Shown here: piece by piece, positions 13,981-27,728 of the stretch
Position numbering within the stretch: position 1 is the first letter of the stretch
Layout of the letters: the number at the start of each line of letters is the position of its first letter
Source: Eledone cirrhosa
Lineage: Eukaryota
Reading direction: 5' to 3'
Length of the DNA stretch: 64,000 nucleotides
NCBI GenBank assembly: GCA_964016885.1
Contig: OZ024751.1
Location: 21,204,001-21,268,000, forward strand
The notes under the pieces: generated by a model
The model's input: the letters and a program-made list of their open reading frames with translations, nothing else
Databases searched by the model: none
Told to the model about the DNA's origin: nothing
Position numbers and translations under genes: made by a program

Positions 13981-14160
13981 GTGAAAGAGTGAAGAATAAA
14001 ATGGTCGGCTGTACACAAATGGTTTTATTTACAGTATTAACAATTGTTTCATTGATCAGGTGAGTCCAAGGCCGCTAATCACTCGAAATTGCGTCACTCG
14101 ACCTTAAATACAGTGTGTGTCTCTGATCAAATCATCGGAATACTGGAGAGTGTAACACAT
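13980..14160 (-). mobile_element. PLE pLTR-like fragment carrying an HHR; homologous to 37531-37703 (+) and 13691-13743
   Basis: Alignable over ~170 bp in opposite orientation; ends at (TA)n. Confidence 0.7.
14032..14145 (-). ncRNA. Minimal hammerhead ribozyme with long stem II insertion
   Basis: Reverse complement: cagtatt CCGATGA t ttgatcag-(63 nt)-ctgatcaa t GAAA caattg TT aatactg; perfect 7-bp stem I and 8-bp stem II; U4C. Confidence 0.7.
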
Positions 14161-14414
14161 GGCATTGGTATTTATAGATACATCAGAGAATCAAGTGAAT
14201 TAAAGTAACTTTAAATATATATACAGTATATATATGTAGATAAATCTACCAATAGTGTCCAATCCGTATGAAGAACTCAATGTAATCCAAATATCATGAA
14301 AAGAGAAGATATATTCAAAAATTTTTTCGATGAAAATCACAGGAAAACAGAGTCAAGATAAATTAATAATAATAATAATGAATAAAAACAAAGAAACAGT
14401 TCCTTATATTAAAA

Positions 14415-14555
14415 CATTCATCATTTTACGATCGTTTCTAGGATATATATGTGTGTGTTGGTATGTATATCATATAGATCTATGTAAACATTTTACAAAC
14501 TATCAGAAGGAATATACATACCTACACATATATATGCTGTCTTCAGATATATTTA
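14415..14555 (-). ncRNA. Minimal hammerhead ribozyme with very long stem II
   Basis: Reverse complement: CTGAAGA cagcatatatatgtgtaggtatgtatat...atatacataccaacacacatatatatccta GAAA cgatcg TA; stem I decayed. Confidence 0.6.
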
Positions 14556-14911
14556 AAGTTATTATTCCGTGCTAATAGATTGCCATTTTGCCATTTTAAT
14601 CAAGTGTCCAACATTTTTAGAAGGAAAGATTGAGATTGTTAGAAATTGCCAACGAAACTGACACTGCACACTGAACGAGAAAATGGAGTCAGCCTTACAA
14701 CTGTGTAAGATTTATAACTTCTCCGGGGTCCATATATACATATATATAAATACATACACACACACACATACACACGTGTATATGTGTGTGCGTGTGTATG
14801 TGTGTGTGTGTATGTAAGTATGTGTGCATACGTGCGTGTGCTCGTGTGTATGTGTGTGTATATTATGTGTATGCATGTGTGTGCATGTGATTGTATGTGT
14901 TGATGTGCGCG

Positions 14912-14942
<31 letters not shown>

Positions 14943-14959
14943 ATTTATATATATATATT

Positions 14960-15048
<89 letters not shown>

Positions 15049-15180
15049 GTGTGTGTGTGTGAGCATATATATGTATGTGTGTTTGTGTATATGTGTGTGT
15101 ATGTATGTATGTGTGTGTGTGTGTGCATGTGATAATATGCTCGATGTGCGCGTGTTTGTATGTGTGTACGTACCTGTGTG

Positions 15181-15251
<71 letters not shown>

Positions 15252-15689
15252 GTGTGTGAGTATATATATATGTATGTTTGTTTATGTATGTGTGTGTGCG
15301 AGTATATATGTGCGCATGTATGTATATGTGTGCATGTATGTGTGTATATGTATATGCGTGTAATTGTGTGATTGGAGGCTGTTACATGTTGTAGGTTTAG
15401 AAGTTATTTACTGCTCTCTCAGTCAGGTTGTATGTTAGTTATTTCTGAATCTAATATTCACATGGGGCCTTGAAGAGACTTTTATTATTTTCCCTTTCAC
15501 TTCTCTGCAATATTATTTCTTCTCTCCCCCTCCCCTTCCCATCTCCCATAATCTCATAATCCAGTGCAGAACCTTGAATATCAACTTCCATACTGTGTGT
15601 ATCGATAATTTGGCTAAAACTATCGGATGACTTTCTACAATATTTATGATATTCTAGAGAAAGTTAAAATTTTTCTCTCGTTCTTTTGT

Positions 15690-16500
15690 TACCACACCAC
15701 ACCACACTACACCTCACCACACTACACCTCACCACACTACACCACTCCACGCCACACTACACCACACCCTACCACACCATACCCTACCACATTACACCTC
15801 ACCACACTACACCACTCCACGCCACACTACACCACACCGCACTACACCATACCACACTACACCACTCCACACTACATCACTCCACGCCACACTACACCAC
15901 ACCACACTACACCATACCACACTACACCTCACCACACTACACCACTCCACACTACACCACTCCACGCCACACAACATCTCACCACACTACACCATACCAC
16001 ACTACATCACACCACTCCACGCCACACTACACCACTCCACGCCACACTACATCACACCACACCACACCTCACCACACTACACCACTCCACACCACACTAT
16101 ACTATACCACACTACACCACACCACACTTCACCATACTACACCACTACACCCGCACTACACCACACCACTCCACGCCACACTACACCACTCAGCGCCACA
16201 CTACACCTCACCACACTACACCACTCCACGCCACACTACACCTCACCACATTACACCACTCCACGCCACACTACACCTCACCACACTACACCACTCCACG
16301 CCACACTGCACTACACCTCACCACACAACACTATACCACACCCCACCACATTCCACCACACTACACCCCACCCCACCACACCAAACCACACTACATCACA
16401 CTACACCTCACCACACCACACCGCACCACTCTACATCACACCACACTCCACTACACCACACCCCACCCCACTACACTCCACCACACCACGCCACGTCACA
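15690..16500. repeat. Degenerate (CACCA/CACTA)n pentanucleotide satellite
   Basis: Direct reading. Confidence 0.9.
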
Positions 16501-16504
16501 CTAT

Positions 16505-17176
16505 TTGTTACCTAATCTTTTTAATTTCATATGTAATTAATAATTCTAATTTATATATAGTTTCACTTGCCTTACTTTTTAATGTGATATGTAATTAATA
16601 ATTCTAATTTACATATAGCTTCACCTGCCTTACTTTTTAATGTGCTATGTTAATTAATAATTTTAATTTACATATAGTTTCACCTACCTTACTTTTTACT
16701 CTGATATGTTAAATAATAATTTTAATTTATATATCGCTTCACTTGCCTTACTTTATAATTTGATATGTTAATTAATTATTTTAATAACATATAGCTTCAT
16801 CTGCCTTACCTTTTAATTTGATATTCAAATCATTTTTTTAATTTCTATATGACATTCATTAACTGTCTTACCTGTTAATGAGATATCCTTGATAATTAAT
16901 ATTACTTTCTATATGGCATTACCTGTCTTACCTTTTAAAGAGATACCTTTGATAATTAATATTACTTTCTATATGGCATTACCTGTCTTACCTGTTAATG
17001 AGATATCTTTGATAATTAGTATTAATTTGTATATGGCATTACCTGTCTTACCTTTTAATGAGATATCTTTGATAATTAGTGTTAATCTCTATATGGCATT
17101 ACTTGTCTTACATTTTAATGAGATATCTTTGATAATTAGTCTTAATTTCTATATGGCATTACCTGTCTTACCTTTT
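16505..17176. repeat. AT-rich ~59-60 bp minisatellite whose unit drifts along the array
   Basis: taattaataattctaattt...cttacttttaatg grades into ttgataattagt...atggcattacctgtcttacc; about 11 units. Confidence 0.85.
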
Positions 17177-17239
17177 GCTCACGATTTACTTATATGATAC
17201 TTTCCCATACCGGATACGTTTATATTAATAATTAATAAT

Positions 17240-17905
17240 AAGGGTGGGGGATTGGCAGTGTCGGGGGAACGTCGGACACTGTGCTTTGCGGCATATGTTT
17301 ACGGCCCTTTACCTTCTGAGTTCAAATCTAGCCGAGGTTAACTTTACCTTTCATCCTTTCGTTGTCGATGAAATAAAGTACCAGTAAAACACTAGAGTCG
17401 ATTTAATATACTCTCCCTTTCTCCCTAAATGGTTAGTCATGTGCCTAAATCAAAATCGATTATTAATTGATAAAAATAAATTATAGAAGATTAATTATTA
17501 TTTTACACTTAATTTAATTTTTTTCGGCCTTAATTTTATCACAGCTGTTTACTAATTACTAGTTACATCCCTTTACGTTCTGAGTTCAAATCTAGTTGAG
17601 GTTATCTTTGCCTTTCATCCTTGCAGGGTCGATAAAATAAAGTGCTAGTAAAGCACTGGGGTCGATTTAATAGACTTTCCCCGTCCCACCAAATTGTTAG
17701 CCTCGTGCCTAAATCAGAACCGATTATTAATTAATAAGGGTAGGAATTGGCAGTATCGGTAGCATAGAATTATGGCCCTTTACGTTCTGAGTTCAAATCC
17801 CACCGAGGTTAACTTTGCCTTTCATACTTACGGGGTCGATAAAATAAAGTACCAGTAATGAATTGGGTAATTGCTGGCCTTGTGCCAAAAGTAGAAACAA
17901 TTATT
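17240..17905 (+). mobile_element. Cluster of three SINE family A copies
   Basis: ttctgagttcaaat...tttcatcc...gtcgat-aaataaagt occurs three times. Confidence 0.85.
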
Positions 17906-18700
17906 AATTGATAAAAATAAATTATAGAAGGTTAATTATTAAAGATAAATTTTACACTTAATTTTTTTCGGCCTTAATTTTATCTTAACTGTTTACTAAA
18001 GAGAAAGTTAATGTACCGGCTTTTTTTAATCCATGTAAATTATTTTCAAGGTGTTTACTCAGCAAGACTTTCGATAGAATTCCATCCGTACTTCTTCAAC
18101 TACGTTACACCACTACTCTTTTACTGTTATACCTGTTCCAGCCGATAGGCTGAGACCTGCTGGGGAACCATTATTGACGCTACACCTTCTATGTATTTAC
18201 TAAACTAAAAACTGGATGTTATACATTGCTACCTAAAGTTAGTATAACATATACATGGCTTGATATGCTATAAGGAGTAGTCGAATCTTTCTCAAACTGC
18301 ATCGCTCACTCCAGTTGTTCCAGTTCACTCATCTAGAAAAAAATGGAGTTGTGATGTGACTGGTGCCAGGTTGTATCGGCCATTTCCCTTCCATTTTAAC
18401 AACATCGGTGGCGTGGAGAGAGGAGACTGGTATGCATGGGTGACAGCTGGTCTTCCACAAAAACACTTTGACTGTCCCGGAACTTTCTAGGTGCAAAACC
18501 CATGGTCATTCGTGACCGATGGGGTTATACATATTCATTACTACCCAAAATATACGTACAATATACATACATATATATACATCAATTCGGCTGCTATGTC
18601 TAGCAGGTTTAAAGACCACTTCGATGATTAATTTTTGAAATGGAAGATAAAAAGAAAGGCGGTGAGGGGGAGGGGGCACTATCTGTGTTAGCAAAACAAC

Positions 18701-18764
18701 ACGTTTAACTCACCATCGCAAGCATAGACTAACGGGCATAAAATGATGATGATGATGATGATGA

Positions 18765-18843
<79 letters not shown>

Positions 18844-18912
18844 CATCATCATCATCATCATCATCATCATTTTATGCCCGTTAGTGTATGCTTGCAATGG
18901 TGAGTTAAACGT
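18701..18912. repeat. Inverted repeat with ~65-bp arms around a (TA)n centre
   Basis: acgtttaactcaccatcgcaagcatagactaacgggcataaaa(tga)n / (tca)n ttttatgcccgttagtgtatgcttgcaatggtgagttaaacgt. Confidence 0.9.
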
Positions 18913-19141
18913 ACACACACAGCCATATATATATGTATCTGTGTGTGTGCGTGTGTGCGTGCGTGTGTGTGTGTGGATACATACATGTATATACATATAT
19001 TTATACATATGTGCATAACATAAATACATGTATATGCATACCTCTATTCATAATATACACAGTTTATATATTTTGCGTATGTGCGCGTATGAGTATGTAT
19101 GTATGTGAGTATGTATGCATGCAGATACGTACGTACATACG

Positions 19142-19207
<66 letters not shown>

Positions 19208-19218
19208 TATATGTATAT

Positions 19219-19250
<32 letters not shown>

Positions 19251-19519
19251 GTATGTATTTATGAATGTATGTGTGTGTATATGTATGTATGTACGTGTAT
19301 ATTTATGTATGTGTATATATATTTTTTCTTCCATTCTTTCCACCCTATCCCGCTCCAATGTGAAAGTGTCAACAAACAATTTAAAAAATGAATGAACACA
19401 TTGCTTTTAGGAGAAAACTGAGGTGCAATGAACATATATATGACACAACTGTTAGTTTATCGGAGTTCTGATAAACGTGTCATATAAATTGGAATAATAA
19501 AAAAAATATACCACCAGAG

Positions 19520-19520
19520 C

Positions 19521-19553
<33 letters not shown>

Positions 19554-19920
19554 AACATCAAAAACAACAACTACCATAATTACAGGAAAAACAACAACAA
19601 CAACAACAACAACAACAATAACAACATCAAAAACAACAACTACCATAATTACAGGAAAAACAACAACAACAACAACAACAATAACATCAAAAACAACAAC
19701 TACCATAATTACAGGAAAACAACAACAACAACAACAACAATAACATCAAAAACAACAACTACCATAATTACAGGAAAAACAACAACAACAACAACAACAA
19801 CAATAACATCAAAAACAACAACTACCATAATTACAGGAAAAACAACAACAACAACAACAACAACAATAACAACATCAAAAACAACAACTACCATAATTAC
19901 AGGAAAAACAACAATAACAA
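19520..19920. repeat. Minisatellite of ~60-70 bp with embedded (AAC)n
   Basis: aacatcaaaaacaacaactaccataattacaggaaaa repeated 6 times. Confidence 0.9.
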
Positions 19921-20240
19921 CAAACACCATATTACCAAGAGCAAAAACTACTGCTGTATCAACCATCTCTATAAAACCCACGTTTACGACTACAACGACC
20001 ACCACCACCACCATCATCATCACTGCCACTACAGCAACAACAACAACAACAACAACAACAGCAGCAGCAACATTAGCAGCAACAACAACAGCAATAATAA
20101 TATCAAAAGCAAAAAACTACTGCTGCTCCAACCACCTCTATAAAAAACACGTTTAGCACCACCACCACCACCACCACCACTACTACAACCACCATCATCA
20201 CTGCCACAACAACAACATCAACATCAACAACAACAACAAG

Positions 20241-20295
<55 letters not shown>

Positions 20296-21224
20296 TTAAC
20301 ATCAACAACAACATCAACAATAACCACAATATCAAAAACAAGAACTACTGCTGCAGCAACCACTTCTATACAAAAACACTTTTAGCACCACCACCACCAC
20401 CACCACCACCACCACCACCACAACACCAACACCAACAATAACAACAATAATTATAATTTCCATAGAGACAAAAACAACAAATGTTGCAACCATCTCTACA
20501 AATACAACAACATCAACAACAACAACAAAACAGAAATGTATTTCACACATGCACATACACGCAAGAAGCAAAACAAATATTCAAAACTATCTACGAACGA
20601 AGTGTGACATTTTAAAATTATTCTTGTAAAATTATGGCGTCAAAGCGACTCTAGTTTAATTATTAGTATATTTGTTACCGTATGTGTGAAAGGACATTAG
20701 TGCCAATTATAAATATATTGTTATCGTTATTATTATTATTGAAATGTCAAATAGAGGTGGCGTTGTCATTTATTTTCCATCTTAACGTCGTACATTGACC
20801 AGTCGTTGTCTTGACCAGATTGGGACGCTTGGTCTGTTTTACACTCCTCGTGGAAAGACCGTGTCCTAATGATCAGACTATCCATCTATTGCCAATAACC
20901 CCTGTACCAGAGACTCAGCATACCGTGGCTGTTGTTGCACAAACATGCACTGTGTTTTGCGGTATTTTCAGAGATTCCTGTGCAAAAATTTTGTTAGTTT
21001 TTAAAAAGATTATTTTGTTTTTACACATTTTATGTAACCACACTACTCTGATGTATCTTTGAGTCGTTGCCGCTCTGCAAGATCAACTTTGCCCTTCATC
21101 CTTCCGGGATCGATAAAATACAGTAATAGTGAAATACTGGGGTCGATATAATCGAATTTCCTCTCCCTCCAAATTGCTGTCTTTGAGGTAACGTTAGAAA
21201 CAAGAAATTATTAATATTTATTAT

Positions 21225-21535
21225 TAGGGATGCGATGCCTTCCAACCAGTTGAAAGGTGGATGGAAGTGGCGGACATGGTCCGAGTGAACCGGTTTCCTC
21301 TAAATATGTACCTGTAGATTGGAGGAGGACACATGGCTGGGGACACATGACTTAGTGGTCAGTCTGGCCGTGGCTTTTTGTGGCTTCACGAGTGACCCTC
21401 AGAAGTCTCTTCTCTATTGAGACATTTTCTTAGATACAATTTTATTGTTACTTTTCCTGTTTTCATTACCTCACTGTTTACACTCAGTGCTTTTTCCTGT
21501 CCGTCCTTAATGTGATCTTTGTAAATCCTTCGTGG
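21225..21535 (+). mobile_element. Old Tx1/L1-like ORF2 C-terminus plus 3' UTR
   Basis: Encodes ERWMEVADMVRVNRFPLNMYL*, which aligns with RWVKVARMAQVNGPSLYISL* of the 34701-35015 copy. Confidence 0.55.
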
Positions 21536-21848
21536 ATTGTCAGTATCGGTAGAGCGTCGGACAACATGCTTTGTGGGATATATTTATTTCTTTACGTTCT
21601 GAGTTCAAATTCCGCCGAGGTTAGCTTTGCCATTTATCTGTATGGGGCACCAGTAACGAACTGGGGTCAATTATCGACTAATCCCTCCTCAGGATCGTTA
21701 GCTTTGTGTCTAAATCAGAAACCAATATTTGTTCATACTTTATCATACACACACACACACACACATACATACATACACACAAACATAAATATATATATAT
21801 ATAGTTATACTTTGGGAGGGTCGTGCTGCTAATATATCAAATATACAC

Positions 21849-21932
<84 letters not shown>

Positions 21933-21951
21933 GAAAATATTTAACCTATAC

Positions 21952-21984
<33 letters not shown>

Positions 21985-22082
21985 TGTATGTATGTATGTA
22001 TGTATGTATGTATGTATGTATGTATGTATGTATGTATCTATGTGTATATTTGATATATTAACAGCAAGACCCTCCCAAAGTA

Positions 22083-22127
<45 letters not shown>

Positions 22128-22293
22128 GATAATTACCACAGATGAAAAATACGCAGTTGCTTCGAAATGGTTTTGTATTGTTTTCTTTTGGTGTTGTTGT
22201 CATTGTCAATATTGTCATAAATTCTATATTTCTTCTTCTTCTTCTTCTTCTTCTTCTTCTTCTTCTTCTTCTTCTTCTTCTTCTTCTTCTTCG

Positions 22294-22357
<64 letters not shown>

Positions 22358-22407
22358 CATCACCACCACCACCACCACCACCACCACCACCACCACCACC
22401 ACTACCA

Positions 22408-22458
<51 letters not shown>

Positions 22459-22699
22459 ATATTACAAAAGGAAGATAAGAGAGAAAGAAGAAAGTTGTTT
22501 TCTCAGCCCCCCTGTCTCTCCCTGTCTCTGAATTATCTTCAACAATAAATAACGCCATGTTGCTGTTCCGACATTTACAAGACAGACTTTGTTTATTCCT
22601 CAACATTGAGCAACTTCTGCTTTTATTAAATATTTCTCGTGGGAAAAATTTATAAATAAACATAATATTGAAATAAATGAATAAAAATACAAAAATAAG

Positions 22700-22927
22700 G
22701 ATTTATGTTTGAGGCACAAGGCCAGCAATTTTATGGTGGGGGAAGGGAAAGTTTGATTAAATTGCCTCCAGTACGTCAGGATGTTAGGATGAAAGGCAAA
22801 GCTAACTTCGGCGGAATTTGAAATCAAAACGTAAAATCTGAAATTAACTCTATGCCGCAAAGCCTGTTGTCCGACGCTCTACCGATACTGCTAATCCACC
22901 ACCAGCACCACTACCATAACCATCGTT

Positions 22928-22972
<45 letters not shown>

Positions 22973-23450
22973 TTAAATTAATAAAAAACATAAAATAGTT
23001 GTTTCTACTTTTGGTACAAGGCCAGCAATTATCCCAGTGTATTACTGGTACTTTATTTTATCGACCCCGTAAGGATGAAAGGCAAAGTTAACCTCAGCGG
23101 GATTTGAATTCAGAACGTAAAGGGCCATGACTCTATGCTGCAAAATATGGTGTCTGACGCTCTACCGATATTGCCAATCCACAATTCTTTCTGGTTTAGA
23201 CAAAGCCAACAATTTTGGTCGAAGGGAAAGTTTGATTAAATCGATGCCAGAGAGATAATCATACTTTATTTCATCGACCCCGTAATAATAATAATGGTTT
23301 CTGATTTAAGCACAAGGCCAGCAATTTCGGAGGAGGGAAAAATCGATTAAATTGTCCCCAGTCCTTCACTAGTACTTTATTTTGTCGACCTCGGAATTAT
23401 GAAAGGCAAAGTTGACCTCAACGGGATTTGAACTCAGAAAGAAAGTTAAA
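22700..23450 (-). mobile_element. Cluster of SINE family A copies
   Basis: Repeated gcacaaggccagcaatt...gatgaaaggcaaag...ggatttgaa. Confidence 0.85.
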
Positions 23451-23601
23451 ATCCGTAACTAATTATCGTATGGCAATTTGTCCCACTCCACCACCAACGC
23501 CATCGCCGTCATCGCCATCATCATCATTATCATCATCATCATCATCAGTCATCATCCTCATCATCATCATCATCCTCATCATCATCATCATCATCGCCAT
23601 C

Positions 23602-23660
<59 letters not shown>

Positions 23661-23708
23661 ACATTTGTATATTACCTTTTCCTATCACGAAGGTAGACAC
23701 TTTAGAAT

Positions 23709-23915
23709 CTAAAGTGTCGCACATGCGGCCCGTGGACCGCATGTGGCCCTTTACAAGCACACCAGCGGCCCTCACAACGGTTTATTACTGCACGAGCATG
23801 TTTTATCTTCGTAAAATTAGTTGTAATGTGTGCAATTAGTTGTCGTATGTAGCCCTCAGACAACAGATAAGTGATCCATGTGACCCGCGGAGGGACCCTC
23901 AGTTTCACATACCTG
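23709..23915. mobile_element. hAT (Charlie-like) MITE remnant
   Basis: gtgtcgcacatgcggcccgtggaccgcatgtggccc at the left end and agtttcacatacctg at the right end resemble hAT MITE termini and subterminal gcggccc motifs. Confidence 0.55.
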
Positions 23916-24019
23916 CTTTAGATGATGTAATGGAATGTACACAATTACTCAAATTAAGACGAGGTGGCCATGGTTTTAAAGATTTTCACCATGCTCTTGT
24001 TTGAACAAGACTAAGCATT

Positions 24020-24723
24020 AAACAACAATAAAGACTGCAACAACAAGAACAACCACAACAATAACATTGGCATCAAGAACAGCAGCAACAACAAGAGCAA
24101 CAGCAGCCACACAAAAACAGCAGCAGCAACTAATGCAACAAACACAGCAATAACAGCAGTAACAACAATAACAACAGCAATAACAACATCAATAGCAACG
24201 ATAACAATAACAACAATATTAACAACAGCAGCAACAACAACAGCAACAGCAATAACAACATCAATAGCAAAGACAACAGTAACAACAACAGCAACAACAT
24301 CAACAACAATAGCAATAGCAACCACACACACAAAAAAAAAAACGGCAGCAGCAACATATGCAACAAAAACAACAGCAACAACAGCAACAATAACAGCAGC
24401 AACAGCAATGACAAGTACAACAGCACTCCAATAACAACGACAGCAACAAAAATAGCAACAACAACAACAGCAACAACAAAAACAACAGCGAAAACATTAA
24501 CCACAACAATAGCAACAACAGCAGCAACAACAATAGCAACAACAGCAACAACAACAATAGCAACAACAGCAGCAACAACAACAGCAACAACAGCAGCAAC
24601 AACAATAGCAACAACAGCAGCAACAACAACAACAGCAACAACAGCAGCAACAACAGCAGCAACAACAATAGCAACAACAGCAGCAACAACAATAGCAACA
24701 ACAACAGCAGCAACAACAGCAGC

Positions 24724-24795
<72 letters not shown>

Positions 24796-24890
24796 AGCAA
24801 CAACAATAGCAACAACAGCAACAACAACAGCAACAACAACAACAGCCTCAACAGCAACAAAAACAACAGCAAAAACAATAAGAATAACAT
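24020..24890. repeat. (AAC/AGC)n trinucleotide tract
   Basis: Direct reading. Confidence 0.95.
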
Positions 24891-26171
24891 TATCAAGATA
24901 TCTATAGTTGATTTTAGCCCATAATATCTTACCTGGTAGTCCCACCCTCACTCTGTTTCTATTGGCTGTACAGCAAGTTTAAATAACCAATCAACGTATT
25001 TCTTAGTTCCTTAAACTAATTTGATCTTTTATATAAATCAATAAATACATTTGAAAAAATATATTTAATATAAAAAAAAAGACAGAATAATTTCACACAT
25101 AGAGTGACACGTTCATTTCGAGACACACACGCACACACACACACACGCACACGCGCGCGCACACGCACATACATACGCACACACGCACACACGCACACAC
25201 GCACACACCACACACACATATATATATACACACATATACATGCATACAGTGACACGTTCATTTAGAGACACACACACATATATATACACATATACATGCA
25301 TACAGTGACACGTTCATTTAGAGACACACACACATATATATATATACACATATACATGCATACAGTGACACGTTCATTTAGAGAGACACACACACACACA
25401 CACACATATATACACATATACATGCATACAGTGACACATTCATTTAAACATACACACATACACGCATACATGCGCACACATACACGTTCACTTGGACACA
25501 CACACATGCACACATGCATACACGCACATGCACACTTTCACTCATACTGTGACACGTTCACTTAGGCGCACGCACACACACACACACACAACAAATGCAC
25601 ATACACACATATTCACAGATTCACTCATACATACACGTACACGTACACATACACATACACACACATACATACAGATATAAGCATACACATACATACACAC
25701 ATATACAGATACACGTACATACACATGCACCCATATACATGCACGTATACATGCATGCATACTTATATACATGCATACACATATGCACGCATACACAGAA
25801 ATACAGTCACAGACATACACGCATACACACGCACACATACACACATATAAAGACATACACATATGCAAATATACACACACATGCACACATACACACACAC
25901 ACATCTTTAACTCCCCCCTCTCTCTCTCTCTCTCTTTCTCTTTATCTTTATCTCTTTCTCTCTCAGTTTCTTTCTTTTTTCTTTCTCACACCCCTATCCC
26001 AAAATATTTTTCTTCATATAAATACATATATGCGAACATGCACACACACATACATGCATATATACATACACATAGATGTATGCATTCATACATAGATACA
26101 TGCATGCATAATGTATATATATATATATATACATATGATATATATGTATATATATATACATTATATTATAC

Positions 26172-26285
26172 GTGTGGCTGAGTGGTTAGAGAATTGGATT
26201 CGCAATCGTAAGGTTGTGAGTTCGATTCCTGGACCAGGCGATGCGTTATGTCCTTGAGCAAGACACTTTATTTCACGTAGCTCCT
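26172..26285 (+). mobile_element. tRNA-derived SINE family B, 5' part
   Basis: A box tggctgagtgg, B box gagttcgattcc, then tccttgagcaagacactttatttcacg. Confidence 0.75.
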
Positions 26286-26997
26286 TCTACCTGGAGTTGC
26301 GACCGATAGATAGTATTAACAATTGGAAAGACCAACGGAAACATTGTCCCCTCGGTCCGATTTGACGAAAGTCGATCGTCCAATTTATATATATATATAT
26401 ATATATATGCATACACCCAAACATTAATATATACATGTTTACTTAAACACATGTATACATGCATACATGCAAGAATTCATAAATGCATGCATACATACAT
26501 GCATGCAAACATACATATATCCGTACATACATATGTATACATATAAACATGCGTGCATGCATAAATATATACATATATGCATGCATGCATACATACATCC
26601 GTACATACATATGTATACATATAAACATGCGTGCATGCATAAATATATACATATATGCATGCATGCATACATACATCCGTACATACATATGTATACATAT
26701 AAACATACGTGCATTCATAAATATATACATATATGCATGCTTGCATACATATATACGATCATATACACATGCAAGTACGCATACAAATATGTATGCATAA
26801 TACACTCATACATGCATACATCCATACATTCATTCATACATACATGTGTGCATACATATACTCATACATGCGTGCATGCATACAACCACACAACCTCACA
26901 TATAGTAATATATCCACACATGATGGCTGCCCCCTCGTTATCGAGTATAGCCATTGCACGATATACCATTATTAATAATTGTTAATTAATTCTATCG

Positions 26998-27182
26998 GGC
27001 GGTGGATTGGCAGTATCAGTAGAGGGTCGGACGCCATGCTTTCCAGCATAGTTACGTCCCTTTACGATCTGAGTTCAAATCCCGCCGAGGTTGACTTTGC
27101 CTTTCATCCTTACGGGGTCGATAAAATAAAGTACCAGTAATGCACTGGGTAATTGCTGGCCTTGTGCCTAAAGTAGAAACAA
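26998..27182 (+). mobile_element. Full-length young SINE family A with 16-bp TSD, nested in an RTE-like element
   Basis: TSD ttaattaattctatcg at 26982-26997 and 27183-27198; B-box-like gagttcaaatccc; central ctttgcctttcatccttacggggtcgataaaataaagtacc resembles the Meta-SINE domain (from memory). Confidence 0.85.
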
Positions 27183-27728
27183 TTAATTAATTCTATCGTG
27201 CAATGCCTGTGCGTGAAGATATTTTTTAAAGTGAGGAAAGACTGTGCACTGAGCCAATCCCACTCTCTGAGTGACAGTAGCTATAACCCGAAAAAGAAGA
27301 AAAGATCAACATCATCGGTAATTACTGAGCCGCAGGTTTTATATCGGAGTTATCCCAGTTTCCTGAGTTGCCTTCTCCTAGAAGAATGCCCTGACAAAGG
27401 CTAGGGGTCCTTCACTCCCAGTGGTTTAACCGCGCGGTACATGTGTATATACATATTTACACGTATTTGGATGGCCGTTGACTCTTATGAGTTCTTCCGC
27501 CCTTTGTCAGGTTTTGTTTTTTGTCCTGCAGGGTGTCCAAAATCACCCTCTTCACCAAGTAAACTTGGTGGGGTTGCCGGTTTAGTCGCCGGCGACCCGA
27601 CCATCCGACAGGTTGTACTGGGTTACATGTTACCAGTAGCACTCAAGAATGACGCGACATCTCCACATATACATACATACATGAATACATACATACATAA
27701 ATACAAACATACATACATACATACATAC

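Noticed and set aside
26172-26250. tRNA gene
   Set aside because: A and B boxes are present, but the acceptor stem is incomplete and the sequence continues into a SINE body.
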